From Clostridia bacterium (GTDB lineage Bacteria > Bacillota > Clostridia > Christensenellales > Aristaeellaceae), in assembly GCA_045617125.1 (NCBI GenBank), contig JAZLIA010000043.1:1-30887 (forward strand): a stretch of 30,887 nt of DNA, written 5' to 3'. Numbering within the stretch: position 1 is the first letter of the stretch; each line of letters begins with the position of its first letter. The position numbers and the translations under genes are program-made. This document shows positions 1-7,642 of the stretch, one piece after another. A model generated the notes under the pieces. That model searched no databases, had not been told where the DNA came from, and saw only the letters and a program-made list of their open reading frames with translations.

Positions 1-190
1 CCTCAGACAGGCCCAGGTTGGCGACGGCTTCGTTGACGCCGTTGATGAAGTTGAGGTCATAGGTGGAATCTTCGTCGTGAAGCAGGATGACGCCCAGCTT
101 GACGGGCTTCTTCGCTTCTTCAGCGGAAGCAAAAGTGACGACGGACAGACACACGATCAGGGCCAGGACCAGAGCAGCGATCTTTTTCAT
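1..190 (-). CDS. BMP-family (Med/PnrA-like) ABC-transporter substrate-binding protein, N-terminal fragment; the gene runs off the window start
   Basis: The reverse complement reads MKKIAALVLALIVCLSVVTFASAEEAKKPVKLGVILLHDEDSTYDLNFINGVNEAVANLGLSE: a signal peptide, then a KLGVIL...D..fN pattern typical of BMP binding proteins. AAGGAG (200-205) lies 9 nt upstream of the ATG at 190. It sits next to xpt, consistent with purine/nucleoside salvage. Confidence 0.6.
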   Translation of the reverse strand, partial: MKKIAALVLALIVCLSVVTFASAEEAKKPVKLGVILLHDEDSTYDLNFINGVNEAVANLGLSE

Positions 191-283
191 TTCGGTTGTC
201 TCCTTCAACATGTTATAATAAGGGTAATGGATCTATTTCAGCACCTCTTGGGATGCGTGAAACCGTTTTCAGAAAGCAGAGCT

Positions 284-862
284 TCATTCCTCTCTCAGGA
301 AGATCCGCCCATCCTCGATCTTTTCAATAATAGCCAGGGACTTGAGATGCACCCCCTGAGCCCGCAAAGCCCTGCCGCCGTTTTGAAACCCTTTTTCCAC
401 GGCAATGCCCACACCCACCACCTTCGCGCCCAGTTGGGAGCAAAGATCCGTCATGCCGCGTACGGCCTGACCGTCAGCCAGAAAATCATCCACGATCAAA
501 ACCCGGCTTCCCAGGGGAACATAGTTTTTTTCAACCTGCATCGAATAGGTCTTTTTCTTGGTGAAGCTGTAGACCTCCGTGCGGGCGGTGTTGTCGCTGA
601 GCACGGCGCTGTTGCTCTTCTTGGCAAACACCACGGGAATATCGTTCAGCGCATGGGCCGCTGACAGCGCAATGGCGATGCCGCTCGCTTCCACCGTCAG
701 GATCATGGTGGGCCTTTCCCCGCGGAATTCCTCCGCCAGGGCTTCACCGATCCGGAACATGAGCGCTGTATCGATCCTGTGGTTCAGGAACATATCCACC
801 TTGGCAACATCGCTTCCGGCACCCTTTCCATAGGTGCGGATGGCATCGCACAATTCTTTCAT
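284..862 (-). CDS. xpt: Xanthine phosphoribosyltransferase
   Basis: ORF 284-886. The best start is the ATG at 862 (MKELCDAIRTYG...), with GGAGG at 867-871. Strong resemblance to B. subtilis Xpt along the whole length (VDMFLNHRID, ILTVEASGIA, VYSFTKKK, PRPP motif VLIVDDFLADGQA). Confidence 0.9.
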   Translation of the reverse strand: MKELCDAIRTYGKGAGSDVAKVDMFLNHRIDTALMFRIGEALAEEFRGERPTMILTVEASGIAIALSAAHALNDIPVVFAKKSNSAVLSDNTARTEVYSFTKKKTYSMQVEKNYVPLGSRVLIVDDFLADGQAVRGMTDLCSQLGAKVVGVGIAVEKGFQNGGRALRAQGVHLKSLAIIEKIEDGRIFLREE

Positions 863-874
863 GGCCCCTCCGCA

Positions 875-887
875 AAACACGAACATT
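875..887 (-). promoter_or_regulatory. PurBox-like motif (possible PurR operator half-site) in the xpt 5' leader
   Basis: The plus strand reads AAACACGAACATT. This matches 11 of 13 positions of the B. subtilis PurBox consensus AWWWCCGAACWWT as I recall it. It lies between the xpt -10 box and the SD. A second weaker copy (TTTTGCGAACTTT) is at 998-1010. Confidence 0.3.
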
Positions 888-905
888 AATCGTGAGCACC
901 TGTCT

Positions 906-933
906 ATTATACGGCATTTTTCAAAAAAAGCAA
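906..933 (-). promoter_or_regulatory. SigA-type promoter of xpt
   Basis: On the minus strand: TTGCTT (928-933), 16-nt spacer, TATAAT (906-911). The leader to the ATG at 862 is about 40 nt. Confidence 0.55.
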
Positions 934-1130
934 CCCCAATTTTCTGGATAATTTATTACAAAGCCTATTTTTACAGTTTGCACAATATTTTTCCGTGTTT
1001 TTGCGAACTTTGCATTATTTGACAGGATATTCTATCCCGCAAAGCCGAAAATCCCGTTTTTCTTCTCTTTCCGGAGAAGCTTTATGTGTGTTCCCGGCAT
1101 TTCCGCCGCTTCTTTGGCCGCATGTCGCTA

Positions 1131-1159
1131 TTGCATCCTTTATATGTATCTGTTATAAT
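1131..1159 (+). promoter_or_regulatory. SigA-type promoter with extended -10
   Basis: TTGCAT (1131-1136), 17-nt spacer, TGtTATAAT (TATAAT at 1154-1159). It is 60 nt upstream of the binding-protein ATG. Confidence 0.65.
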
Positions 1160-1219
1160 AGCCGCGTACGGTGAAAGGCGCATCCTTTCCCGATACACAA
1201 TAATTGGAGGAACGAACAA

Positions 1220-2473
1220 ATGAAAAAGCTGCTTGCCCTGCTGCTCGCCGTCACCTTCATGCTCTCCCTGGGCTCCGTTGCCCTGGCTGAGGAAAAGACG
1301 AAAGTAACCATCTGGCACACCTTCACCGAAGGTCAGGAAGCCTATCTGATCCAGGCTGCCGCCGACTTCACCGCTTCCCAGGATAAGTATGAAGTGATCG
1401 TGGAGAGCCAGGCTTACTCCGGATTCACCGACACCGTCAAGAACGCCGTCAAGAACGGCGTGGGCCCCGACATCATCTTCAACTACGCTTCCGAAGCCGC
1501 CGAGTATGTGGACCTGGGCCTGGTCGCTGACCTGAGCCAGTACATCTACTCCGATGAGAACGGCATCGAAGGCTTTGACACCTGCATTTCCGAAGGCGTG
1601 ATGAACGGCGAAGTACTGGGATTTGCCGACGGCAACATCCACTATCTGCCCGCCTACACCACCGGCCCCATCCTCTTCTATAACAAGACCCTCTTTGACG
1701 AGCTGCAGCTCAAGGTTCCCGCCACCTGGGAAGAGACCGTTGAAAACTGCCGCGTGATCAAGGAAAAGAAGGGCATCCCCGGTCTGGGCTTTGACTCCCT
1801 CACCGACGTGATCCAGATGCTCATCATGGAAGAAGGCTGCGGCTACATCGACACCGCCAACAAGTGCGTCACCTTCGGCACCGAAGGCATGAAGGCGAAG
1901 ATCCAGTGGCTGGTGGACTGCGTGAATGAAGGCCTCTTCCTCATCGCTCCCTCCGGCAACTACTTCTCCAGTGACTTCAACTCCGGCATCTGCGCTTCCT
2001 ACATCGGCAGCTGCGCCGGCTATCCCTACATCACTCCCGACGGCTTCGAATTCGCCATGGATAAGATGCCTGCTCAGACCTGGTATCCTTCCTGGGACCG
2101 CGGCCCCATCGTGTTCTATTACAACGATGATGCCCGTGCCGAAGGCGCTTACGAATTCGTGAAGTACTTCATCTCCGCCGAAGTCAACCTCGGCTGGGTC
2201 GAAGCGGTCAACGCTCTGGCTCCCTATTCCTGGACTCAGGAACTGGACGAATACAAGGCTTATGTGTCCAGTGATACTCCCGCCGTTCAGTCTCTGAACG
2301 CTGTGGCCGCGCATCTGGCCATCGCCGGTTCCCTGCCCGCCGTCACCGGTGCTTCCACCGTGCGCACCGAGATCGTCAACGCCGTGAAGAATGTGGTGAA
2401 CAACGGCATGACCGTGAACGAAGCCTGGGATCTGTGCGTGAACAACTGCAACGCCGCTCTCAAGGGTGAGTGA
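1220..2473 (+). CDS. Extracellular solute-binding protein, family 1 (carbohydrate ABC-transporter type); no adjacent permease or ATPase genes
   Basis: 417-aa ORF with GGAGG at 1206-1210. Signal peptide MKKLLALLLAVTFMLSLGSVALA/EE. The KVTIWHTF...GPDIIFNY pattern is typical of sugar-binding SBP_bac_1 proteins. Confidence 0.8.
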   Translation: MKKLLALLLAVTFMLSLGSVALAEEKTKVTIWHTFTEGQEAYLIQAAADFTASQDKYEVIVESQAYSGFTDTVKNAVKNGVGPDIIFNYASEAAEYVDLGLVADLSQYIYSDENGIEGFDTCISEGVMNGEVLGFADGNIHYLPAYTTGPILFYNKTLFDELQLKVPATWEETVENCRVIKEKKGIPGLGFDSLTDVIQMLIMEEGCGYIDTANKCVTFGTEGMKAKIQWLVDCVNEGLFLIAPSGNYFSSDFNSGICASYIGSCAGYPYITPDGFEFAMDKMPAQTWYPSWDRGPIVFYYNDDARAEGAYEFVKYFISAEVNLGWVEAVNALAPYSWTQELDEYKAYVSSDTPAVQSLNAVAAHLAIAGSLPAVTGASTVRTEIVNAVKNVVNNGMTVNEAWDLCVNNCNAALKGE

Positions 2474-2492
2474 TCCCGATTCTGTAAGTTAC

Positions 2493-2534
2493 GGGCCGCC
2501 CCTTCCCGAATTTGGGAAGGGGCGGCCTTCTTTA
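2493..2534 (+). terminator. Rho-independent terminator
   Basis: 14-bp GC-rich stem (GGCCGCCCCTTCCC, loop gaattt, GGGAAGGGGCGGCC) followed by TTCTTTAT, 20 nt after the stop codon. Confidence 0.85.
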
Positions 2535-2570
2535 TAAAAACGGCAGATGAACGCTGATAAAGCAGATCCA

Positions 2571-2599
2571 TTGCATAACCCTTCCCCGGATGCTATAAT
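2571..2599 (+). promoter_or_regulatory. SigA-type promoter with extended -10
   Basis: TTGCAT (2571-2576), 17-nt spacer, TGcTATAAT (TATAAT at 2594-2599). Confidence 0.65.
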
Positions 2600-2662
2600 A
2601 AGGAAGCGTCAGGGAAGCTGCCTGACACGACCGTAAAATCAGGAAAGGATGGTCCTATAAAC

Positions 2663-3583
2663 ATGAAAAAGCTGCATCCCTTCATTCTGTTTATCGCGCT
2701 GCTGCTTCTGCTTGGCACTGCCTTTGCCGAGGAAGGCAGGGATGATTCCCGCCTCGTCACCTTCGGAAAGCTCACAGTGAACAGCGATGTCACCTACATT
2801 GATCTGGAAGGCAACATCGTGCGGGATTTTGATGAGTTCTGCCGCTTCCTGGATCAGCTGCCCTATCTTGAACGGTGCGATATGTTTTCCACCGAGATCC
2901 GCCGCAAGAACATCGACATGCTGGCGGAGCGTTACCCGAACATCACCTTTGGCTGGAGCATGGTTCTCAGCGCGAGGGATCACACTCACATTCTGCGCAC
3001 CGATGCAACAGCCTTCTCCACCCTGCACAACAACCAGACCACGCAGCACAGCAGCAAAGATTTTGAGATTCTCAAATACTGTCCGGATCTGCTGGCTCTG
3101 GATATCGGCCATAACAGCGTGGACGATCTCAGCTTTCTCTCTTACGTGCCCAACCTGCGCGTGCTGATCATCGCCTGCAACCAGGTGAATGACATCACCC
3201 CTCTGGGGCAGCTGAAGGATCTGCAGTATCTTGAAATCTTTAAAAATGACATTCACGATATTTCCGTGCTCTCCGGTCTCACCGAGCTGATCGACCTGAA
3301 CATCTGCTTCAACCGCATCAAGGACTGGACCCCCATTTATCCCCTCACCAAGCTGCAGCGTCTGTGGGTGTACAACAGCAATAACTATTCCGAGGATATT
3401 CCCGTTCCCCGGGAAGCAGTGAACGGGCTGAAGGAAGCGCTGCCCAACTGCTACATCGACAGCAAGAGCTGGTCCACGCTGGGCGGCTGGCGTGAGCATG
3501 AACGCTATGATGTGATCTACAACATGTTTAAAACCGGCGTTTATATTCCCTTTAATGAGAAGCTGCCGGGCCAGGAGGATTGA
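2663..3583 (+). CDS. Secreted leucine-rich-repeat (internalin-like LRR) protein
   Basis: 306-aa ORF. Signal peptide MKKLHPFILFIALLLLLGTAFA/EE. At least five ~22-residue LxxLxLxxNxIxDIxxL repeats (LLALDIGHNSVDDLSFL, LRVLIIACNQVNDITPL, LQYLEIFKNDIHDISVL, LIDLNICFNRIKDWTPI, LQRLWVYN). No LPXTG, lipobox or TM anchor. Confidence 0.75.
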   Translation: MKKLHPFILFIALLLLLGTAFAEEGRDDSRLVTFGKLTVNSDVTYIDLEGNIVRDFDEFCRFLDQLPYLERCDMFSTEIRRKNIDMLAERYPNITFGWSMVLSARDHTHILRTDATAFSTLHNNQTTQHSSKDFEILKYCPDLLALDIGHNSVDDLSFLSYVPNLRVLIIACNQVNDITPLGQLKDLQYLEIFKNDIHDISVLSGLTELIDLNICFNRIKDWTPIYPLTKLQRLWVYNSNNYSEDIPVPREAVNGLKEALPNCYIDSKSWSTLGGWREHERYDVIYNMFKTGVYIPFNEKLPGQED

Positions 3584-3621
3584 TCCCCTTACCGGATCTG
3601 AAAACAGCAAACATAAAAAGC

Positions 3622-3658
3622 CCCGGGCCATGGAATTTTTGTCAGGTCCGGGATTTTT
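3622..3658 (+). terminator. Probable rho-independent terminator
   Basis: 8-bp stem (CCCGGGCC with GGTCCGGG, one G-U pair), 15-nt loop, then ATTTTT. Confidence 0.5.
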
Positions 3659-3832
3659 CATACTAAATGAGTTTTAAAAGCTGAACAGATGCGCCGCATA
3701 TTTTTCGCTCTGGCTAAGCTGCGTGGAGGGAGGCGTACGTGAAACGTACGTTGACCGGAATGAAGCAACACCGGAGGAGAAAAGATGCAGGCAGATGTTG
3801 GGTTATTAAAATGAGTTTAGTTTCATGTCAAT

Positions 3833-4726
3833 TTATTTTCGGCTTTTTTTGACAAGCGCCGTGGCGCATTTCTGCTCGATCACCGCCAGCACAATCAGCA
3901 GGGCGATCATCACTCCGTACAGAAGCAAATGGGGGATCTCGGTTTTATCCAACGCAAACTCGACGCCCACCATCCCCAGGATGCACATGAGGGCTCCGCA
4001 AACCGGGAAAGCGCGTTTTCCGGCGCGCTGCGACAAAATCAGAATGATCGCCACCACACACACACCGCACAGCACCTGTTCCACCCGCACAAAGCCCCAT
4101 TTCATCGAAAGCGCCCGACGGCTCTCACAGAAGATCTGCGTGAGGCACAAAAAGAACAGAACATGGCCGGTGCGCATCAGGGGCAGATCGCAGTTCCTGT
4201 TCGTCACCAGATAGAGAATCGCGACCGCCAGCGCCAGCACCGCTTCCAGCATGAACACCGCGCGGTAATATTCGCCCCATTCACCCGCAACCACCGCAAA
4301 GGGGAAAAAATTGAGCGGTTCATCTCCCATGCCGCAGTAATCGCCCACGCCCAGAGTATCCAGGCTGATCTCGGCAAACCGGGCCAGGGCCGTCAGGATC
4401 GCCCCTGCCGGAGCAAACCGGTCCAGTGTGACCGGAATACTCTCATGCGTCAGCCTGGCCGCAGCGATCACGCCGAGCAGAACACCCACACCGGCCCCGA
4501 AAAAGGAAAATTCCTCAGGACGAAAACGCAGGAAGGAAGAAAAGCCGATATTCAGCAGCGTTCTTCCCATCAGGAGCAGCACATAGAAAAGCTTGGAGCA
4601 GACAAAGCCCAGAATGACCGAAAGAGGCAAAGCCTTGATTGCGATCTGTTTGCCCTCGCCCACACGCAGCGCAAACACCGCAAAGGAAACCACAAAGGCC
4701 ATCAGCAAAAGACGCAGATAGCTCAT
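3833..4726 (-). CDS. Polytopic integral membrane protein, function unknown (distantly Lgt-like pattern)
   Basis: ORF 3833-4732 opens with GTG. The ATG at 4726 has GGAGA 6 nt upstream and sits 2 nt after the stop of the upstream gene (TGAATATG). About 7-8 hydrophobic helices. The FFGAGVGVLLGV and ARFAE segments loosely recall Lgt, but the Lgt GRxGNFxNxE signature is absent. Confidence 0.6.
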   Translation of the reverse strand: MSYLRLLLMAFVVSFAVFALRVGEGKQIAIKALPLSVILGFVCSKLFYVLLLMGRTLLNIGFSSFLRFRPEEFSFFGAGVGVLLGVIAAARLTHESIPVTLDRFAPAGAILTALARFAEISLDTLGVGDYCGMGDEPLNFFPFAVVAGEWGEYYRAVFMLEAVLALAVAILYLVTNRNCDLPLMRTGHVLFFLCLTQIFCESRRALSMKWGFVRVEQVLCGVCVVAIILILSQRAGKRAFPVCGALMCILGMVGVEFALDKTEIPHLLLYGVMIALLIVLAVIEQKCATALVKKSRK

Positions 4727-4728
4727 AT

Positions 4729-5607
4729 TCACTCTCCGTAGGCCGAAGCAAAATAGATGATGTCGCTGATCTGGCGGGTATGGGCATTATCGGGGTCATT
4801 GATCTTTACGGCATTGAGCATCAGCATGGTGCTGTTTCCGCCATCCAGGTTATAACACTGAACAGCCCCCTCCTGCAGCGCGATCTTCTGAAAATCGCGC
4901 AGCGTCATTCCGTAATTTCCCCGTTCCGGACCGGCACAGCAGATGCACAGGTATTCCATCGGCCCGGTCTGTGCAATGCACATCCTCTGCCGTCCCACAT
5001 CCGTGGCCATTTCCTCAGAGGAAATGATCCGCACAGCCTTGCCATCCTTCACCAGGACAGGGCCGAAAAAGAAGGAGTTGATCACCTTTTTTCCATCCAC
5101 GGTGTCGGTCACGCCGCCTTTTTCCGGCGCAGTGAACAGATGAAAATCGCCGTCCTCATCGATTTGCAGCACATCATGCACCCCGTCCGGATGATCCATA
5201 AACAATTCGCCCTGACGCAGGATATACCCCTTGCCGGTGTAGCTGAAATAGTCTCCGTTGATCGCCAGCACCGCGTTCACGCGCTTGGCCATGCGGAAAC
5301 CATCCAGCACCATCATGGAATCAAAGCCGCCGGCTGAAACCGTGCGCAGCTGGGAAGCATCCGCAATTTTGATGCGGGCCACCCAGTAATCGCATTCATC
5401 AATAAAGCGCTTCTTTTCGCAGGTCACGGTAATGGTGGGGTCAGAATAGTTCCAGCCGTCAAAACCTTCCTTCTGCGGCACCTTGCCGCCGCTCATGTCG
5501 ATAGGCAGCTTCACCGGCTCCGTCTCCTGTGCCAGGCACAGGCAGGGCAAAAGTGAAAGCATCATCAGAGCACAAAGGAACACTCTTTTCCAGGGCTTCA
5601 TTTTCAT
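4729..5607 (-). CDS. Phosphodiester glycosidase family protein (DUF2233/NAGPA-like), secreted
   Basis: The best start is the ATG at 5607 (MKMKPWKRVFLCALMMLSLLPCLCLA/QE), with AGGAG upstream. Family-like motifs: AINGDYF, GPVLVKDGK, CYNLDGGNSTML. Confidence 0.7.
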   Translation of the reverse strand: MKMKPWKRVFLCALMMLSLLPCLCLAQETEPVKLPIDMSGGKVPQKEGFDGWNYSDPTITVTCEKKRFIDECDYWVARIKIADASQLRTVSAGGFDSMMVLDGFRMAKRVNAVLAINGDYFSYTGKGYILRQGELFMDHPDGVHDVLQIDEDGDFHLFTAPEKGGVTDTVDGKKVINSFFFGPVLVKDGKAVRIISSEEMATDVGRQRMCIAQTGPMEYLCICCAGPERGNYGMTLRDFQKIALQEGAVQCYNLDGGNSTMLMLNAVKINDPDNAHTRQISDIIYFASAYGE

Positions 5608-5644
5608 TCTCCTACTCCTTAACAAACAAATTAACCGTCCTTTT

Positions 5645-6814
5645 TCATATCCTTGCCTGGCCGCTTTCCCGGGCGGCACAGGCCACCGCTTCAGCCACCG
5701 CGCACGGAACACGCTTGTCAAAAGCCTTGGGCAGGATATAATCGCGTCTCAGTTCCTCTTCTGTCACAAGTCCGGCGATCGCCCGCGTGGCTGCCAGTTC
5801 CATCTCTGTGTTAATGGTACGGGCTCGCACATCCAGTGCCCCCCGGAAAATGCCGGGGAAAGCCAGGACATTATTGATCTGGTTGGGATAATCGCTTCGT
5901 CCGGTGCCCACCACGTAAGCCCCAGCGCTGATCGCTTCCTCGGGCATGATTTCCGGCACCGGATTGGCCATCGGGAACACACAGGCCTTCTCTGCCATGG
6001 AACGCACCATTTCCTCCGTTACCACATGAGGCGCCGAAACTCCGATGAACAGATCCGCTCCCCGAAGCGCATCCTCCAGTTTTCCCTTCATGTGCTCGCG
6101 GTTGGTCAGCTTTGCCAGTTCCAAATGAGCAGGGGAAAGCTCCATATCCTCTGAAAGGATGCCGAACCGATCCACCATCATGATATGATTGATTCCAAGA
6201 CGCATCAGATGCATCGCAATGGAGGTGCCTGCAGCGCCGGCGCCATTGATCACAACGCGCACCCGGTCCGCCTTCTTGCCGGCAACACGCAGTGCATTGA
6301 GTACAGCCGCGCCCACCACGATGGCCGTGCCGTGCTGATCATCGTGAAACACCGGAATATCGCATATTTCCCGAAGCCGTCGCTCGATCTCAAAACAGCG
6401 GGGCGCGGCAATATCCTCCAGGTTGATCCCGCCGAAATTTTTGCTCAGCAGATGCACCGTGCGGATCACCTCCTTCGTGTCCTGGGTATCCAGACACAGA
6501 GGGAAGGCATCCACATCGGCAAATTCCTTGAACAGGCAGCACTTCCCCTCCATCACAGGCATCGCCGCCGCCGCGCCGATATTTCCCAGGCCCAGTACAG
6601 CGCTTCCATCCGTAATGACCGCCACCAGGTTGGATCTTCTGGTGTAGATATAGGAAAGGTCTTCATCCTCCCGAATCTTCAGGCACGGTTCTGCCACCCC
6701 GGGAGTATAAGCCAGGGAAAGATCCCTTCCGTCCCGGATCCTGACACGGGAAACCACTTCCACCTTTCCCTTCCAGCCTTCGTGCGCCAGCAGCGCTTCC
6801 TCGCGGACACCCAT
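5645..6814 (-). CDS. NAD(P)-dependent malic enzyme (short ~390-aa form)
   Basis: Motifs: LAYTPGVAEPC, ITDGSAVLGLGNIG, VFHDDQHGTAIV, NGAGAAG, NNVLAFPGIFRGALD. AAGGAG (6823-6828) is only 2 nt from the ATG at 6820 but 8 nt from the ATG at 6814, so 6814 is preferred (the 6820 start is possible). Confidence 0.85.
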   Translation of the reverse strand: MGVREEALLAHEGWKGKVEVVSRVRIRDGRDLSLAYTPGVAEPCLKIREDEDLSYIYTRRSNLVAVITDGSAVLGLGNIGAAAAMPVMEGKCCLFKEFADVDAFPLCLDTQDTKEVIRTVHLLSKNFGGINLEDIAAPRCFEIERRLREICDIPVFHDDQHGTAIVVGAAVLNALRVAGKKADRVRVVINGAGAAGTSIAMHLMRLGINHIMMVDRFGILSEDMELSPAHLELAKLTNREHMKGKLEDALRGADLFIGVSAPHVVTEEMVRSMAEKACVFPMANPVPEIMPEEAISAGAYVVGTGRSDYPNQINNVLAFPGIFRGALDVRARTINTEMELAATRAIAGLVTEEELRRDYILPKAFDKRVPCAVAEAVACAARESGQARI

Positions 6815-6922
6815 GTGCATCTCTCCTTCACATTAAGAGCAGACTTCTGATTTTATTGTATCACATCCCCAACGCTATTTCCACACCGATATATCACCCC
6901 TTCGTAAATATTTACAGAATAT

Positions 6923-6951
6923 TTGTATTCCGGCACTTCCGGTGGTATAAT
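6923..6951 (+). promoter_or_regulatory. SigA-type promoter with extended -10
   Basis: TTGTAT (6923-6928), 17-nt spacer, TGgTATAAT (TATAAT at 6946-6951). It is 37 nt upstream of the ATG at 6989. Confidence 0.6.
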
Positions 6952-6988
6952 AAAGCATAACCCAAAAACAGAAGCGGGAGGCGTTTCC

Positions 6989-7627
6989 ATGTCCATTAAT
7001 CTTGTAAAACTCCCTACCAAAAAAGAAGGGCTGTGCCTCCGGGTGTGTAAAGGTCATTTTGCAACCAGTCACAGCCACATCAACTATTACATTGACGTCA
7101 CGATGCAGAAATACCGTCTCAGCGAAGCCCGTGCGGTAGCGCAGGAGCTGTGCCGTGATTATAAGGCCACCACCATCATCGACACCATTCTGTGTCTGGA
7201 CGGCACCGAGGTGATCGGCGCCTGCATGGCCAGTGAGCTCACCAAAGCCGGCTATATGAACATGAACGCGCACCAGACCATTTATGTGGTCACACCCGAG
7301 CACACCTCCGGAAGCCAGTTGATTTTCCGGGATAACACCTCCGGCATGATCGCGGGCAAGCATGTGCTGGTGCTTCTGTCCTCTGTCACCACAGGCTTTA
7401 CCGGCCAGGGCGCTCTGGACGCGATCCGCTATTACGGCGGGCACACCGTCGGCATCGGCGCGATCTTCGCCAACACCGACAGCATTGACGGCGTGCGGGT
7501 CGACAGCATTTTCGATTCCCGCGACCTGAATGATTACCAGAGCTGGGATGCCCGCGACTGCCCCTGGTGCAAAGAAGGCCGCCGTCTGGAAGCCCTGGTG
7601 AACAGCCACGGGATCTCGGCCCTGTAA
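6989..7627 (+). CDS. Type-I phosphoribosyltransferase-like protein (OPRTase-like fold) with a degenerate PRPP motif
   Basis: Start MSINLVKL, with GGGAGG upstream. KGHFATSHSHINYYIDV resembles the OPRTase G.F.L.SG.hS..Y segment. The PRPP loop reads VLVLLSSVTTGFT, so the canonical acidic pair (DD/ED) is replaced by LS. Cys pairs are at the N-terminus (CLRVC) and C-terminus (CPWC). Confidence 0.6.
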   Translation: MSINLVKLPTKKEGLCLRVCKGHFATSHSHINYYIDVTMQKYRLSEARAVAQELCRDYKATTIIDTILCLDGTEVIGACMASELTKAGYMNMNAHQTIYVVTPEHTSGSQLIFRDNTSGMIAGKHVLVLLSSVTTGFTGQGALDAIRYYGGHTVGIGAIFANTDSIDGVRVDSIFDSRDLNDYQSWDARDCPWCKEGRRLEALVNSHGISAL

Positions 7628-7642
7628 GGAGCGCTCAAAAAT

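Noticed and set aside
863-960. Expected a guanine/purine riboswitch upstream of xpt.
   Set aside because: The predicted leader is only ~40 nt, and I could not find the conserved purine-aptamer junction sequences or the three-way junction on the minus strand.
834-1022. Small ORFs in intergenic or overlapping positions from the six-frame track. Examples: 834-1022(+), 11176-11370(+), 11249-11689(+), 20154-20582(+), 28078-28353(+), 28187-28480(+).
   Set aside because: They have no SD, they overlap better-supported genes or promoters and terminators, and their composition is atypical of coding sequence in this window.
3665-3818. A 10-bp direct repeat AAATGAGTTT (3665-3674 and 3809-3818) flanks the odd intergenic segment, with weakly similar inverted ends. 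This suggested a MITE-like insertion with a target-site duplication.
   Set aside because: An exact 10-mer recurring within 150 bp is expected by chance several times in a 31-kb window (about 30000 x 150 / 4^10, roughly 4). The putative terminal inverted repeats match at only ~13 of 20 positions. This is not sufficient evidence for a mobile element.
6904-6915. Perfect 12-bp palindrome GTAAATATTTAC just upstream of the -35 box of the PRTase-like/LOG promoter, as a possible operator.
   Set aside because: AT-rich 12-bp perfect palindromes are expected several times by chance in 31 kb (about 30000 / 4^6, roughly 7), and AT-rich tracts upstream of promoters are common UP-like sequence. There is no second copy and no supporting regulator.
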